64,000 bases of DNA from Octopus sinensis. Taxonomy: Eukaryota. The notes under the pieces are model-generated. The model was not told where the DNA came from, ran no database searches, and was given only the letters and a program-made list of their open reading frames with translations. Both the position numbers and the translations under genes were made by a program. Each line of letters begins with the position of its first letter. The first letter of the stretch is position 1. Positions 23,960 through 36,800 of this stretch are shown in pieces. Where the stretch lies: contig NC_042997.1 of assembly GCF_006345805.1 (NCBI RefSeq), positions 113,646,001 to 113,710,000 of the forward strand. The letters are read 5' to 3'.

Positions 23960-24075
23960 CTGTTGCCAATACTGCCAAATACCCAGAATTTAGAAATTGA
24001 CTGGAATCAGGGCAGTTTTGATGCCAACCTGCCTCCAACTGACACTTGTTCTGTGTTACGCTCTTTCTGTTTTAA

Positions 24076-24318
24076 CCCATTCATGCCAATCGTCTGTTTA
24101 AACTGACCCTTAATTTATAAGGGTATAAAACAAATACTTGGTACAAATTGTGATTTGTGTATGATCTGTATCAAAGAATGAAACATGTCCTTAACGCATA
24201 TGCAGTCTGTATCAAATGGATTTCAATGACATTTTTCTTCAGTTGTTATTTAGATCAAAATCATATTTGTGAATTTTCAGGCAATTTCATTCACTAGAAA
24301 AATTTTGGCACAAATGGG
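24076..24318. mobile_element. piggyBac-type MITE
   Basis: TTAA|cccattcatgcc … ggcacaaatggg|TTAA. Confidence 0.8.
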
Positions 24319-24384
24319 TTAAAGTGATCTAAACTTCATATTCATTGTTCCAGTTTGGTCATTAACCTTTTTGTTATCATTCGA

Positions 24385-24700
24385 GCATTGGGCCTCATGG
24401 AAGCAGTAACAGGTGACCAAGACTTTTGGTGATACACCATGCTTGTGTAGACCTGTCAAGCCAAGTGAGACCGTAACCATGGTCGATGTCAGTATCAGGT
24501 CAATGGCATGTAAAAAAAACACTCACTACACTCTCGGAGTGGTTGGCGTTAGGAAGGGCATCCAGCCGTAGAAACCTTGCCAAATCAGATTGGATCCTGG
24601 TGCAGCCCCCTGGATTACCAGTTTTCAGTCAAACCATCCAACCCATGCCAGCATGGAAGGCAGACGTTAGATGATGATGATAATGATGATGGTGGTGATG
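24385..24700 (+). mobile_element. Family C (RTE-tail) repeat
   Basis: Core plus (GAT)n tail. Confidence 0.75.
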
Positions 24701-25059
24701 GTTTCTGTTGAAATATCCTGACTTTGTTTCAATTCATTTTTTAGAATTTAATAAAATACCTTTGTCCTCATTAAGCTGGTGTTTGGAAAATAAATTGACG
24801 TGAAATTTGGAGGGGTAATTTTAATATGAATCACTTTAATTCTTTTGTTACCTTATTTCTCTTGAAATACACTGCCTCCATTTCAGAAGAAATTAGTAAA
24901 ATAACTGTCATTATTAAACTAGTGTTTTGGAACATAAATTAATACGAAATTTTGAGGAAAGATTTTAATCTAGGTCATTTAAAATCAGGGAGTTTGTATC
25001 CTAGAACCAAGAGTAGTTTCAGGTGGATTGGAATTAAAAGGGTTAATTTATTCTTCATT

Positions 25060-25432
25060 CATTTGGAAGGACATCCAGCCATAGAAACTATGCCAAAGTT
25101 TTTAGCCTGCCAGATCCTGTGAAACTGCCCAAACCATGCCAGCATGGGAAATGGGTATGAAATGAAGATAGTGGTTGACATATTTGGTGCCACATGAAAT
25201 GCACTCATGCTGGTGCCACATAAAAAGCACCTTGTGCTGACATCACATAAAAAGCTCCTGTGCTAATGCCACATAAAACCCCCTACTACACTCTGTAAAG
25301 TGGTTGGCTTTAGCAAGGGCATCCAGCCATAGGAACCATTCCAGAACAGACAAATGGAGCCCAGTGTAGCTCTCTGACCAGCCATCCAACCCATGCCAGC
25401 ATGGAAAACTAACATTAAATGATGATGATGAT
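25060..25432 (+). mobile_element. Family C repeats (two partial copies)
   Basis: Core motifs and (GAT)n tail. Confidence 0.7.
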
Positions 25433-25561
25433 CTACATATTTGCGTACTTCTACACCCAATATAACTTATATTGTAAACATTTGATTTGCTTTTTCTTTT
25501 TTATTTGTAATTAGTTCACAAAGACTAAAAATAAGCCAAAAAAATCAACCGGAATTAACAG

Positions 25562-25563
<2 letters not shown>

Positions 25564-25607
<44 letters not shown>

Positions 25608-25632
25608 TCTCTCTCACTCCGTCTCTCTCTCA

Positions 25633-25680
<48 letters not shown>
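25564..25680. repeat. (CA)n(CT)n microsatellite
   Basis: Direct reading. Confidence 0.95.
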
Positions 25681-25683
<3 letters not shown>

Positions 25684-26307
25684 CAATATGTCAGACAATC
25701 AAAGAGATAATATTCTTAGATCCAGTTAGCTTCCAGAACATATCTGTACAAATATAAAATAATGATAAATGAAAAAAAGAAATGTAACAAAGATATTGAT
25801 CTTTGAAAGGAAGACAACAGTTTGATGAGAAAGAATGGTAATACACAGATAAGTATAAGTAGGTTAATGGTTCCACTTACTCTGTTACCATGTTACCTAG
25901 TTCTACAGATGCAGATATGACTCCAGATTTCCAGGAATCATCCAGATTTATAGCTTTATTAATTGTTTCTAATTTAGAACCAGCAATTTTGAGAGGAGGG
26001 TGATCAATCGATCACATAGCATTCAGTACTTGACTGGTATTTTCTTTTAGGCACCAACATGGCTACGTGGTCAAGAAGTTTGCTTCCCAACACATGGTTT
26101 TCAGTTCAGTGCTATTGCGTGGCATCTTGGGCTAATGTCTCCTAATATAGCTCCAGACTGACCAAAGTCTTACAAGTGGATTTGGTTGATGGAAACTGAA
26201 AGAAGCCTGTTGTTTATGTTTGTGTACTTTTCTTGACATTGTATGATAGTCGTAAATGAGTGTCGCTCATATAAGAAGTATCATTAATTTCCAACAATCT
26301 GCTAAAG

Positions 26308-27547
26308 CAGCTCTTCTTAAACTATGGGTTGTGACCCCACTTGGGGTTGCGAAGTGAAATGTTGGGGTCGCGAAAATTAAATTCAAACACATATGTTAAT
26401 TCACAAATGCATATTTAACCCTTTCGTTACCAAACCACCCAAAGCCGCCCGAAAAAAAATTTGGTTAATGTGACAAAGCCGCCCGAATTTACCTATTCAT
26501 ATTTAAATGAGAATATCAGAGCAAATCTCTTTAGTACATTCGTGAAAACACGTGATTATATTTCATAAACCGTTCATCTACAGTTTTGTACAACGATCGA
26601 CGTGTAATTTTAATTCCCTGAATTTTGGGAGATTTTTTTTCCACATCGATTTTTCTTCAACTTTGAAAATGGATTGGAGTTTCATGTTATCAAGCATTGA
26701 TTCCGAATTGGAAAATTTGTGAAGCAAATACTGGGTACTGTTGTGGATTTAGTTTTTATACAGAGAAACTAATGTTAGTCAGCATGGCTTAGGGTATGAT
26801 GTGGTCTGGAAGTTATTGTTTGAAGCGATCAATGCGGAAACAAACTTACGCAGAATGTAAACAAACACAAAATGGGGGTTCAAATTTTGGAAAATTTGTG
26901 AAGCAAATACTGGGTCCTGCGTGGATTTAGTTTTTATACAGGGAAAATAATGTTAGTCAGCATGGCCTAGGGAACGATGTGGTCTGGAATTTATCACTTC
27001 CATACCATAACCAGGGCCGTATATTATTTTTTGACCGATTTCTTTAGTTCGGTCAAACTTGCGGTGGATTCCAGTATTTCACTTTATTCCACCTTTATGG
27101 TACACATGTTGTGCATTAAATTCAACTGATGATATAGTGATGTGCACAATTCTTATTTATCAAAATTTTGTTGCATACCCATTTGAATATTAGCTGATGA
27201 TTCATTTTCTATGCTGATGTTTAAACAAAATTTTAATATTTTTACCTTTTGCTCAATTTACCTGTAATTAAAGTCACTTTGAGAGAAAAGTTATGCAATA
27301 GAATTGATTAAGAACCCTTTCTTTAATTATGTTCCAAATATCACATTAATATGTTGATAAGTAAAAAAAGTTACAGTTATTTAATGAAACAAGCCTAGAT
27401 TCATGATTATTTTAGAATTTAATTGAAACTCATGAGGGGTGTATTTTGGTCAGACATATAGTAACGAAAGGGTTAATACCTGGGGTCACGAAAAATCTTG
27501 TGATGGAGAATGGGGTTTGTGAATGAAAAAAAATCTGAGAAGTGCTG
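26308..27547. mobile_element. hAT-type MITE split by a nested piggyBac element
   Basis: Ends cagctcttcttaaac…tgagaagtgctg; perfect 8-bp TSD TGCTAAAG (26300-26307 and 27548-27555). Confidence 0.8.
26419..27472. mobile_element. 1054-bp non-autonomous piggyBac element
   Basis: TTAA|CCCTTTCGTTAC … GTAACGAAAGGG|TTAA with perfect 12-bp TIRs; subterminal aaagccgcccgaa twice; internal ~103-bp direct repeat (about 26708 and 26887). Confidence 0.9.
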
Positions 27548-27967
27548 TGCTAAAGCCTGTCTAGCGACATGAAAATATTACCTTGTTTGGAAACAGGAAA
27601 GGCATCCCAGTGTAGAAATATGTCTCACTGAATTCCATTGAACCCATGCAAAACATGGAAAAGTGGATGTTGAAACAATGAGGAAGATACATGAGAGGCA
27701 TTCCTGCAGTTTCTGTAAGTTGAGATAGAACTCAGAACCACATGGTTACAAACCAAACTCTGGGTTCCACACAACTACACCTGCACCTGTTTTAATGTTC
27801 TAAAAACATCAAACATTATGAGATTGAGGTGTGAAATTTTCCATTGAGAAGTTTTTGTTTTCTCTTCCACAGAATTTCTTATATTCTTCATGATCCTGTT
27901 GAAGAAACACCAAAGACAAAGAAATAACTCCTGGACCTATTTTCTTTATTTTGGTTACAATCTCCTT

Positions 27968-28380
27968 AATCCTTCAGCATTTAAACTGGCCTCATCCAAC
28001 CCAAGTATTCAGCTTGTTTTATGTCCAAACTGACCAGATCTAGCCTCTCACACACACCCTACAATGCCATTCTAAAAAAAAAAAAGCAACAGACTAATGC
28101 ATGATTAATTCAAAACAATATGAATAAATATTGGTTTCAAATTTTGGTACAAGGCCAGCAATTTTGGGGAAGGGGCTTGTCAGTTACATTGGCCCCTAAC
28201 GCTCAACTGGTACTTATTTTATTGACCCTGAAATGATGAAAGGCAAGGTACAACCTCAGTGGAATTTGAACTCAGAATGTAAAGATGGGTGAAATGCTGC
28301 TAAGCATTTTGTCCAGCATGCTAACGATTCTGCCAGCTTGCTGCCCTAAATATGAATAAATTTTACATTTGACAGGGGGT
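27968..28380. mobile_element. piggyBac-like MITE (ccctttagc family) interrupted by SINE B
   Basis: Homologous to 34215-34434; SINE B at 28130-28348 (-) is flanked by the 13-bp TSD AATATGAATAAAT. Confidence 0.65.
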
Positions 28381-28384
28381 TACC

Positions 28385-28606
28385 CCCTTTTGATACCAAC
28401 CCACCTTAAACTGCTCCTGTTTCTGTAACAGAACCATTTTATAGTGATCTCAATTAAAACTTTCCATCAAAATTTTGTATCAGCTTATGTTCCAGCCACT
28501 AGCTTCATAATGGCAAAAATTAATTTACTTCTAAATTCTTCATTATTTTCAAAACGAATTGAGACACAGGTAGCATATTTCGTCAGAAATTTACTCCGAA
28601 AAAGGG
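28385..28606. mobile_element. piggyBac-like MITE
   Basis: Degenerate ccctttt…/…aaaaggg|TTAA ends; similar body to 54845-55056. Confidence 0.6.
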
Positions 28607-29439
28607 TTAACAAAGGAGTTTGATCTCTTGTAAACATTGTTCACTTCAATCAAAATTCATGTTTTTTTGTGTAGAAATCTCTAAAAACAGTTCAATTACA
28701 CTGACTTGGTTGCCTAATTTTTGCTTGTTTTGATTTTACACACACACACACACACATACATACTTGTGTGTGTGTGTGTTAGTTTAGAAAATGGCTGACA
28801 TGTTTTTGTTGTCAGTATGGTATGGTATGCTGCTAGTAGGAATTAATGAATGATGTTGGTTCCCTAATTGACTTTGACAGTTGGTTAGTTTCTAGTCCAC
28901 ACCATTCCATCTTTTCCTCATAGTCTTCGCATTACTAAGAGGAATTACTAACAACACAGATATATTTATATATCATTATCAGGCACCACAACACTTCCCT
29001 TCACCTCTCCTTCTCTCTCTCTTTTAATTTTTTTATCTTTAATTTTGCTTTTTGTTGTTGTTTTTTTCGACGTGGGAAGGGGTCTTCTTTCATTTTTCTG
29101 TTTTGAGCCATTTCACCTAATTCTTCAAGTTATGTTACTTTTACTTAGAGTTTGCTATTTTTAATTTGTGCTTCTGTACAAACTGTACACAAGCATTTAC
29201 ACATACACACATGTATACATGTTTGCATGCAACATATTTACACACACACGAACATACTTTCATACATGCACACACACATACATATTTGTGTACACCATTA
29301 ATATACACATAAACAAAAAAAACTGGCATTCCATTGGTTACAACAACAACAGTTCTTGATCCAATCAACAGAACAACAGTCTACTCATGAAATGAGCATG
29401 CATGCAGCTGAGCAATCCACAGACACATGTACCATTAAT

Positions 29440-29635
29440 GTAGTCATTAGGGAGACTCAGCGTGACACAGAATGGGACAAAGTCATCCCTTTGAAATACA
29501 GGTACAACTCATTTTTGCCAAGTGATTGGACTGGAACATGGAATAAAGTGTCTTAATCAAGGACACAACACACTACTGGGAATTGAACTTACAACTATGA
29601 GCTGTATACCCTATCCACTAAGCCATGCACCTTCA
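29440..29635 (-). mobile_element. tRNA-headed SINE (family F)
   Basis: Reverse complement of the 30036-type head and core (actcatttttgcca, ccactaagccatgcacct). Confidence 0.65.
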
Positions 29636-29679
29636 TGCACATACATTTGCATACAACATTAATACACACTGATCCCATG

Positions 29680-29937
29680 CTGGTGGTATGTAAAAAGCAC
29701 CATTTGAGTGTGGTCATTGCCAGTGCTGCCTGACTGGCCCTCATGCCAGTGGAACACAAAAAGCACCCTCTACACTCTCAAAGTGGTTGATGTTAGGAAG
29801 GCATCCAGCTGTAGAAACCTAGCCAGATCGGATTGGAGCCTGGTGCAGGCTTCTAGCTTCCCAGCTCTCAGTCAAATTGTCCAACCCATGCCAGCATGGA
29901 AAGCGGACGTTAAATGATGATGATGATGATGATGATG
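29680..29937 (+). mobile_element. Family C (RTE-tail) repeat
   Basis: Core plus (GAT)n tail. Confidence 0.8.
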
Positions 29938-30035
29938 TACACAGATAGATGCAAGCACACACACATATGCAGATACACACCTATACACAAATATACATGC
30001 TATCCAATGATTTGTGTGTTCATACATAGGTGTAT

Positions 30036-30290
30036 ATGTGGAGGTGCATGGCTTAGTGGTTAGCGTGTTGGACTTGTGATTATAAGATTGTGGTTTCAGT
30101 TCCTGGACCAGATGATACATTGTGTTCTTAAGCAAGACATTTCACTTCACATTCTTCCAGTCCATTTAGCTGGCAAAAATGAGTAATCCTGCGAGGGACC
30201 GGCATTCTATCCAGGAGGAAACATGCACACCATGAAAACTAGGAAACTAGCCCTAAAAGTCTATATGGCTTGGGAAGGATCTATATCCTA
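30036..30290 (+). mobile_element. tRNA-headed SINE (family F)
   Basis: A-box tggcttagtgg, core cttaagcaagacatttcac…gctggcaaaaatgagtaa. Confidence 0.7.
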
Positions 30291-30962
30291 TATGTACACA
30301 CACACACACACACAATCATCATCATCATCATCATTGTTTAACGTCTGCTTTCCATGCTGACATGGGTTGAACAGTTTGACTGAGGATTGGCAAGCCACGA
30401 GGCCACACCAGGCTCCAGTCTGCACAAAGATCTGGTAAGGTTTCTACAGCTGGATGCCCTTCCTAATGCCAGCTGTAGAAACCTTGCCAGATCAGATTTA
30501 TACACACACATACACTCTTACACACACAAGGCAGTGAGAAGCCTCAATTTGTCCATTTGGTCTAAATTAACTGCCAACTCAACCTCAAATCATACCATTT
30601 GGGATAATGTGGTCTTGGGGTTTACTGCATATTAAAAGTTGGGATGGTCATTATTGGAATAACTTTGATCGTAGCTTTGTTTTATTCAGGCTGGTTTAGA
30701 GCAAGTGTGTATCTTTGTGTCTGTGTTTGTCCCTCACCACCACTTGGCAACTAGTGTTGGTTTGTTTACATCTCCGTAGCTTAATGATTCATCCAAAGGG
30801 ACCAACAGAATGAATAAACACCAGGTTTTACCCACTCACTTGGGGCACAAGAAATGTGAGATCACAGGCTGGCTGAGAGAGGAGGAAGACTTTATACACA
30901 GTAAATGTGGGTGGCTTGGAGTAAAAGAACTTTCTCAGAAAGATCTATAAAAGCAGCTGATA

Positions 30963-31129
30963 TGTGGAGGTGCATGGCTTAGTGGTTAGTGTGTTGGACT
31001 TGTGATCGTAAGATTGTGGTTTCAGTTCCTGGACCAGATGATGCATTGTGTTCTTAAACAAGACATTTCACTTCACATTCTTCCAGTCCACTCAGCTGGC
31101 AAAAATGAGTAATTCTGCGAGGGACCAGC
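30963..31129 (+). mobile_element. 3'-truncated copy of the 30036 SINE with 20-bp flanking direct repeat
   Basis: About 9 mismatches in ~168 bp versus 30036-30203; atctataaaagcagctgata at 30943-30962 and 31130-31149. Confidence 0.8.
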
Positions 31130-31317
31130 ATCTATAAAAGCAGCTGATAACTTAGCTGTCACCTTGATGACCTGATGAGCTGTGGAGTTGAGTGCTTGTT
31201 GCAAAACATAGGAAACCAAATAAGAAAAGGGGATAAGGGAACTCCAGGGAGTTGTTTTGCTTGCAGCAAACGGGTGCTTCTCTCTCTCTCTCTCATTATC
31301 ATCATCATCTCCATCAT

Positions 31318-32272
31318 TTAGTTAGTTAGTTAATTTTTTGGCTCAAAAAGCAAAAAGCAAGGCCATGTAGGGGGACATGGGGAGTTATGTACAGGGTGGT
31401 GTTCATGTAAAGAGTTCAGGCCACTTGTGGTCAAGGGAGACTTTGAACCGAGCGGTCGTCGGCATCTTCACCATCTCGTCCGGCAGCTTAAACCACGGAT
31501 CCGCAACCCAGATGGAGAAAGCCCCTCTCCTTCGATTGAGATGAAATCATCGCAGGTAGAGCTTTTCGGAATGACCCTGCAGCCGACGCTCTGGAGCAGG
31601 AGTGAAGAACAGCTCTTCCGAGAGGTTACACTTTCCGCTTATGATGTTGTGAGCAAGAATGAGATCACCACGGCGGCGGCGTTTTTCTAGGGAATAAAGG
31701 TCGAGCGTCTTCAGCCTTTCTTCGTAAGACAAATTCTTGAGACCAAGAACCATGCGGGTAGCCAGCTTCTGGACTCTTTCGAGATGCTGTATGTCTTTGA
31801 GGAGATAAGGAGAAGAGGCTTGAATCCCGTACTCCAATATGGGTCTCACCAGCGTGACATAGAGCGGTAGGAATATGGCTGTTGTGAGCATTCCGAATGA
31901 CCGTTGAATCAAAAACAGAACTCCGCGTGCTTTGTTGGCAGCATGGATGCACTGGGCCGAAGGCGAAAAAGAGGAATCCGCTAAGATACCCAGGTCCTTT
32001 ACCTAATCGGTCCTCTCCAGCAGCAGACGACCCGGCTCGAAATCAAGTTGAGTTGCAGGAGGAGAGCCAACAGGCAGATGACAGCACTTTGACACGTTCA
32101 GACACAGGTCCCATTCGTTAGACCATCTCCAAATTTGGTGGAGGCATCGACGAAGATCCTCTATATCACCGCGAGGAGCGACCAGTTTGACATCGTTGGC
32201 AAATAGAAGGGTGTGTTGCATGAGGTTGTCGGGCAAGTCATTTATGAAGACTAAGAACAATAAGGGCCCACT
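31318..32272 (-). mobile_element. 5'-truncated CR1-clade LINE (RT C-terminus, 3' UTR, (CTAA)n tail)
   Basis: One frame GPLLFLVFINDLP…LFANDVKL…LYVTLVRPILEYG…LERVQKLATRMV…RRRRGDLI with two in-frame stops (32003, 31547); tail gttagttagtt on +. Confidence 0.92.
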
Positions 32273-33465
32273 GGTTCAACAGGATCCGACAAATGAGAGG
32301 ATTGTGTTGAGCCCCAATTGTCCAACCTGGCATGGTTTCTATATTTGGATGTCCTTCCTAATGCCAACCACTTTACAGAGTGAACTGGGTGCATTTTTTT
32401 CATGGCACTGGCACCAGTGAGGTCACCAAGTAACTCACAAGACCAGACTAAACCCCTTTGTTGAATGATGGTGCAATTTTGAAGCAAGTGTCTTAGTACC
32501 AGATGTTGAAAGATTAAAAGTGTGATAAAGAGACAGGAACATGGATCTTGTTGTAGAGTGGATTCATGGCTATTTCCGCTGAAAAGGGAGAAGGGATAGT
32601 GCTGATGAAGTGTCAGCAGCTATCTACCTACCTAATTATCTATCCACCTACCGTGGTCTTTTCTGTAGGCTTTTCTTTCCACGGATGAACCTAATCTTGT
32701 TTGTTACTTTGAAAAAAAAATTTTTTTTCTTTCTGTGATACACGATCCCTTTTGATCGCTTTTTTTTTCCGATCCCTTCTGATCAAAATTTTACATTTGT
32801 TTCCTTTTTTTTTCTTTTTCCTTTTCCATCTTCGAAAAGAAAAGCTCTACATTTATATTTGTCCCCTCTGTGTCCAGCCCTGTGTAGCCAATAAAGAAAG
32901 TTATCTGTCCACCTACCTAATTATCTCTCTGTTTATCTGTTTATCTAGCTGTCTGTCTATCTCAGAGTAAAGGGCTGATTTTAATTTGCTTGTGTATAAA
33001 ATGCTATTTTTCTTGGTTTCCAAGCTCAGGCATATTCTAAGGCATCTAATCAGCCTTTCAGAACTCCATTTACTTTGAAAGGAACTTCTTCTAAAAGTCT
33101 TTCATTAATTAGTTTTTTTTCTTTTCAACTTCATTATAATTAATGGCTTCATGAGCAAATGGTAATGGTTTTGTGTTGAATTAACACAGTTTGATATTTC
33201 CTTTGAGAAGAATGGTTAGCCTTAAAACTCCTTAATCTTCCAAATTGTCCTGCAACTTCCATCTCCAGAGTTAACATGGAACTGTCAGTCTTCATCAGCA
33301 TCACCATTCCATTTCCAATCAAGCCATTCTTTATTCCACATTCGCCAAACACTGACTGACATGGCTCAATATTCCTCCTATCAATTTCCATTAAGGTGAC
33401 AAATTTTATCAAATTTTAAACGAGTGATCCATGTGCATTCTTCTTTTCTTTCTCTCTCCCTCTCC

Positions 33466-33496
<31 letters not shown>

Positions 33497-33519
33497 TCAA
33501 TGAGTCTATCTTTTCATAC

Positions 33520-34152
33520 ACAAACACATGCATGAGCATTAACATTTTCATACACACACACACCTACATTTTCATACACATACATACACATCTACAATTT
33601 CATGCATACACACACACACACACCTATATTTTCATTCACACACACACACATTTCACACATACACACACACACACGTTTTCATTCACACACACACATTTTC
33701 ATATACTCACATCTACATTTTCACACACACACACACATCCCACATACATACACACACACACATTTTCATTCACACAAATTTCATATACTCATCTACATTT
33801 CAAACACACACATTTTTGGTCACACATTTTCATATACTCACATCTACATTTCACACATACACACACGCATTTTCATTCACACACACATTTTCATATACTC
33901 ACATCTACATTTCACACACACGTTTTCATTCACATACAGTTTCATATACTCACACACACATTTTCATATACTCACATCTACATTTCACACACACACATCT
34001 ATATTTTCACTCACACACACATTTTCATATACTCACATTTACATTTTCACACACACACACACATTTTCATATGCTCACATCTACATTTTCACACACACAC
34101 ACACACTTATATTTTCATTCACACACACATTTTCATATACTCACATCTACAT
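33520..34152. repeat. CA-rich minisatellite (~34-40-bp unit)
   Basis: Unit approximately cacacacacattttcatatactcacatctacatttt, more than 10 variable copies. Confidence 0.9.
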
Positions 34153-34214
34153 CTTTATTTGCATCTGTGCATCTGCATTCTAGCTATGCACTTTGCAATG
34201 TGTGCCTCCTTTAA

Positions 34215-34434
34215 ACCTTTTAGCGTTTAAACCAGCCACATTTGGTCAAAATATTGTACCTTGTTTTGTGCTCAAATTGACCATGTCCAGCTTCTTACAC
34301 CCACCCTGCAATGTCTTTCTGAAAATAAACAATCACATGGAAATCTTAAAGCTCCAAGATATTGCATGATTAATTCAAGACAATGCGAATAAATAAGCAT
34401 TACATTTGACAGAGTAATTTGATTGCTAAAAGGT
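34215..34434. mobile_element. piggyBac-like MITE (ccctttagc family)
   Basis: ttaa|accttttagc … gctaaaaggt|ttac. Confidence 0.7.
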
Positions 34435-34721
34435 TTACGGTATTGCTGGTTTCATCACTTAACATCCAACATCCATTTTCCCATGCTTGCGTGAATCAGC
34501 TGAGGTTAATTGAGACAGAGTTTCAACAACTCAAAGAAGAAATGGATATTGTTTTCAAAGAACCTCTCTCTTTTCTCTTCTCGTCACCAACCACAAGATA
34601 GGTCTGTTACCTTCAAATCCTTAGAATTGGTTTCATTACCGGATCTCAAGAACGTGAATATTCAAATCTGTCTAGTCCTGTCAATGAAGTTGCTATCATT
34701 TTCTTGACATTTCATCAGTGT

Positions 34722-35075
34722 AGACATGGATGTGTGGTTAAGAAGTTTCCTTCCCAACCACATGGTTCTGGGTTCAGTCCCACTGCTTGGAATTTTGGGT
34801 AAGTGTATTCTACTATAGTCTCAAGCTAAAGTATTGTGAGTGGATTTGGTAGGTGGAAACTGAAAGAAGCCCTTCATATATAGAAGTGAGTGTCTTTGTT
34901 TGCCCTTCCATCACCACTTGATACTTGGTGTTGATGTGTTTACATCTCTGTAACTTAGCAGTTTGGCAAAAGAAACTGATAGAATAAGTAATAGGTTTTA
35001 CAAAAACAAAAGTACTGAGATCGATTCATTTGATTTAGGTTCTTCGATGCAGTGCCCCAGCATGGCCATGGTGCA
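34722..35075 (+). mobile_element. SINE family A
   Basis: Head, core and tail match family A. Confidence 0.8.
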
Positions 35076-36110
35076 AATAAAAGAGAAGAGCATGATGGTT
35101 GCCCAACAAGCCTTGTTCATTTCTAATATTCCAGGAAAAACTTGAACAATCAAAGGAAAAATTACTTAGCTTGGAAATAGGTGAGGTTTTTATTGAAGTA
35201 AGTTCAAAAACAGACAACCAGGCAGGTTGTTATAAAAATGGTTAAAGGGAAAAAACCTTGTGAGGCCTTGAAAGAAAGAAAAGTTAGTTGGTCGTAGTGA
35301 GATTTGAAACAAGAGAACCATAGTTCTGGGCTCTTGTTATTTGACAAATAGCAATTCCAATGCATTAATTCTGCAATTAACTCAACAATTAATGACAAAA
35401 ATAAACAGTCAATAAAAACAAGCATCAAATGAAATCATTACCCAATTTTAAAATCACTTAAAACTAAATTAGATTCTGGACTTGGTTGATGTGTGTGTGT
35501 GTGTGTATTTTCATGTGGCTGTATGTATGTATTTATGCATTTTCCTGTGTTTGTATATATACCTTTGTGTGTTGGTGTGTATGCATGTTCCTGCATTTGT
35601 ATATGCACCCTTATGTGGCTAGGTAACGTGTATGTTTCTATGTACATGTTTGTGTGTGTGTGTGTATGTGAGTGTGTTGCCTGTATCTATCCCTGTATAC
35701 GTGTGAAAGCTGGTGTATGTGTTAGCATATGTCTGTAAGTGAGTCTGCTACATATGATGGCCAAACTTAACTGCCCTGTCGTTTCCACTGGCCAAAGGCT
35801 ACTTATCAACCAGTAATTAGGTAGCAACACCACTGCCATCACCATCACCACCACCACCACTGACGACAACCAGATTGAGTGACCACTGTACCTGATTACC
35901 CTAATGCTATGTGGCTGAAGCCATGTAAGGTCAGTAGTGTAGCAGGGATGAAGTAACGCTAGTCATTTATTGGCAAATTTCCTGGCAACAAGATGAAGGA
36001 AATGTTCTGGTTCTTGGCAAACTGCCCTTTGGTCAAATGTCCTCACTTCTAGCTTTTCTCCTTGTAGCATTGTTTCACTCACTCCTCACTCTTTCCCCCC
36101 TCTCTCTCTA

Positions 36111-36153
<43 letters not shown>

Positions 36154-36289
36154 TTGTAACATTGTTTCAGTTCCAAATCACTCTGAGTGGTCTTCTGACT
36201 TGCCACTCCTTGTCAAACCCTCCAACCCATATCAGCATGGAAAGAGGATGATGGTGATGATGATGTGTGCTTGAGTGTACTTTTCTTCC

Positions 36290-36341
<52 letters not shown>

Positions 36342-36800
36342 AGCCTGGCTGTGTGGTTAAGAGGCTTGCTTCCTAACCATGCTCTTTCAGGTTCAATCCC
36401 CCTACACAGCACCTTGGACAAGTGTCTTCTGCTATAGCCTGGTGCTGACCAATGTCTTGCCAGTGAACCTGACAGATCAAAACTGTGGAAGCCTCTTATT
36501 CTGTTCTATTCTTTTATTTGTTTCAGTCATTTGACTGCGGCCATGCTAGAGCACCATCTTTTTAGTCGAACACATCGACCGCAGGACATATTCTTTGTAA
36601 GCCCAGTACTTATTCTATCGGTCTCTTTTGCTGAACTGCTATGTTGTGGGGACGTAAACACACTAACATCAGCTGTCAAGTGATGGTGGGGGGAGGGGAT
36701 AAACACACACACACATATTATAGGCTTCTTACAGTTTCTGTCTACCAAATCTACTCGCAAGGCTTTGGTCAGCCTGAGGCTATAATAGAAGACGCTTGCC
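36342..36800. mobile_element. Two convergent SINE family A pieces
   Basis: + head at 36342-36490 and - body at 36500-36800. Confidence 0.7.

Noticed and set aside
31172-31210. CTGATGAG…GCAAAAC hammerhead-like spacing
   Set aside because: No convincing stem II or stem I pairing.
33050-33420. Coding-like minus-strand stretch (also 35100-35440, 52930-53700, 63250-63640)
   Set aside because: Multiple stops and no motif I can recognise; possibly very old transposon fossils, unassignable without a search.
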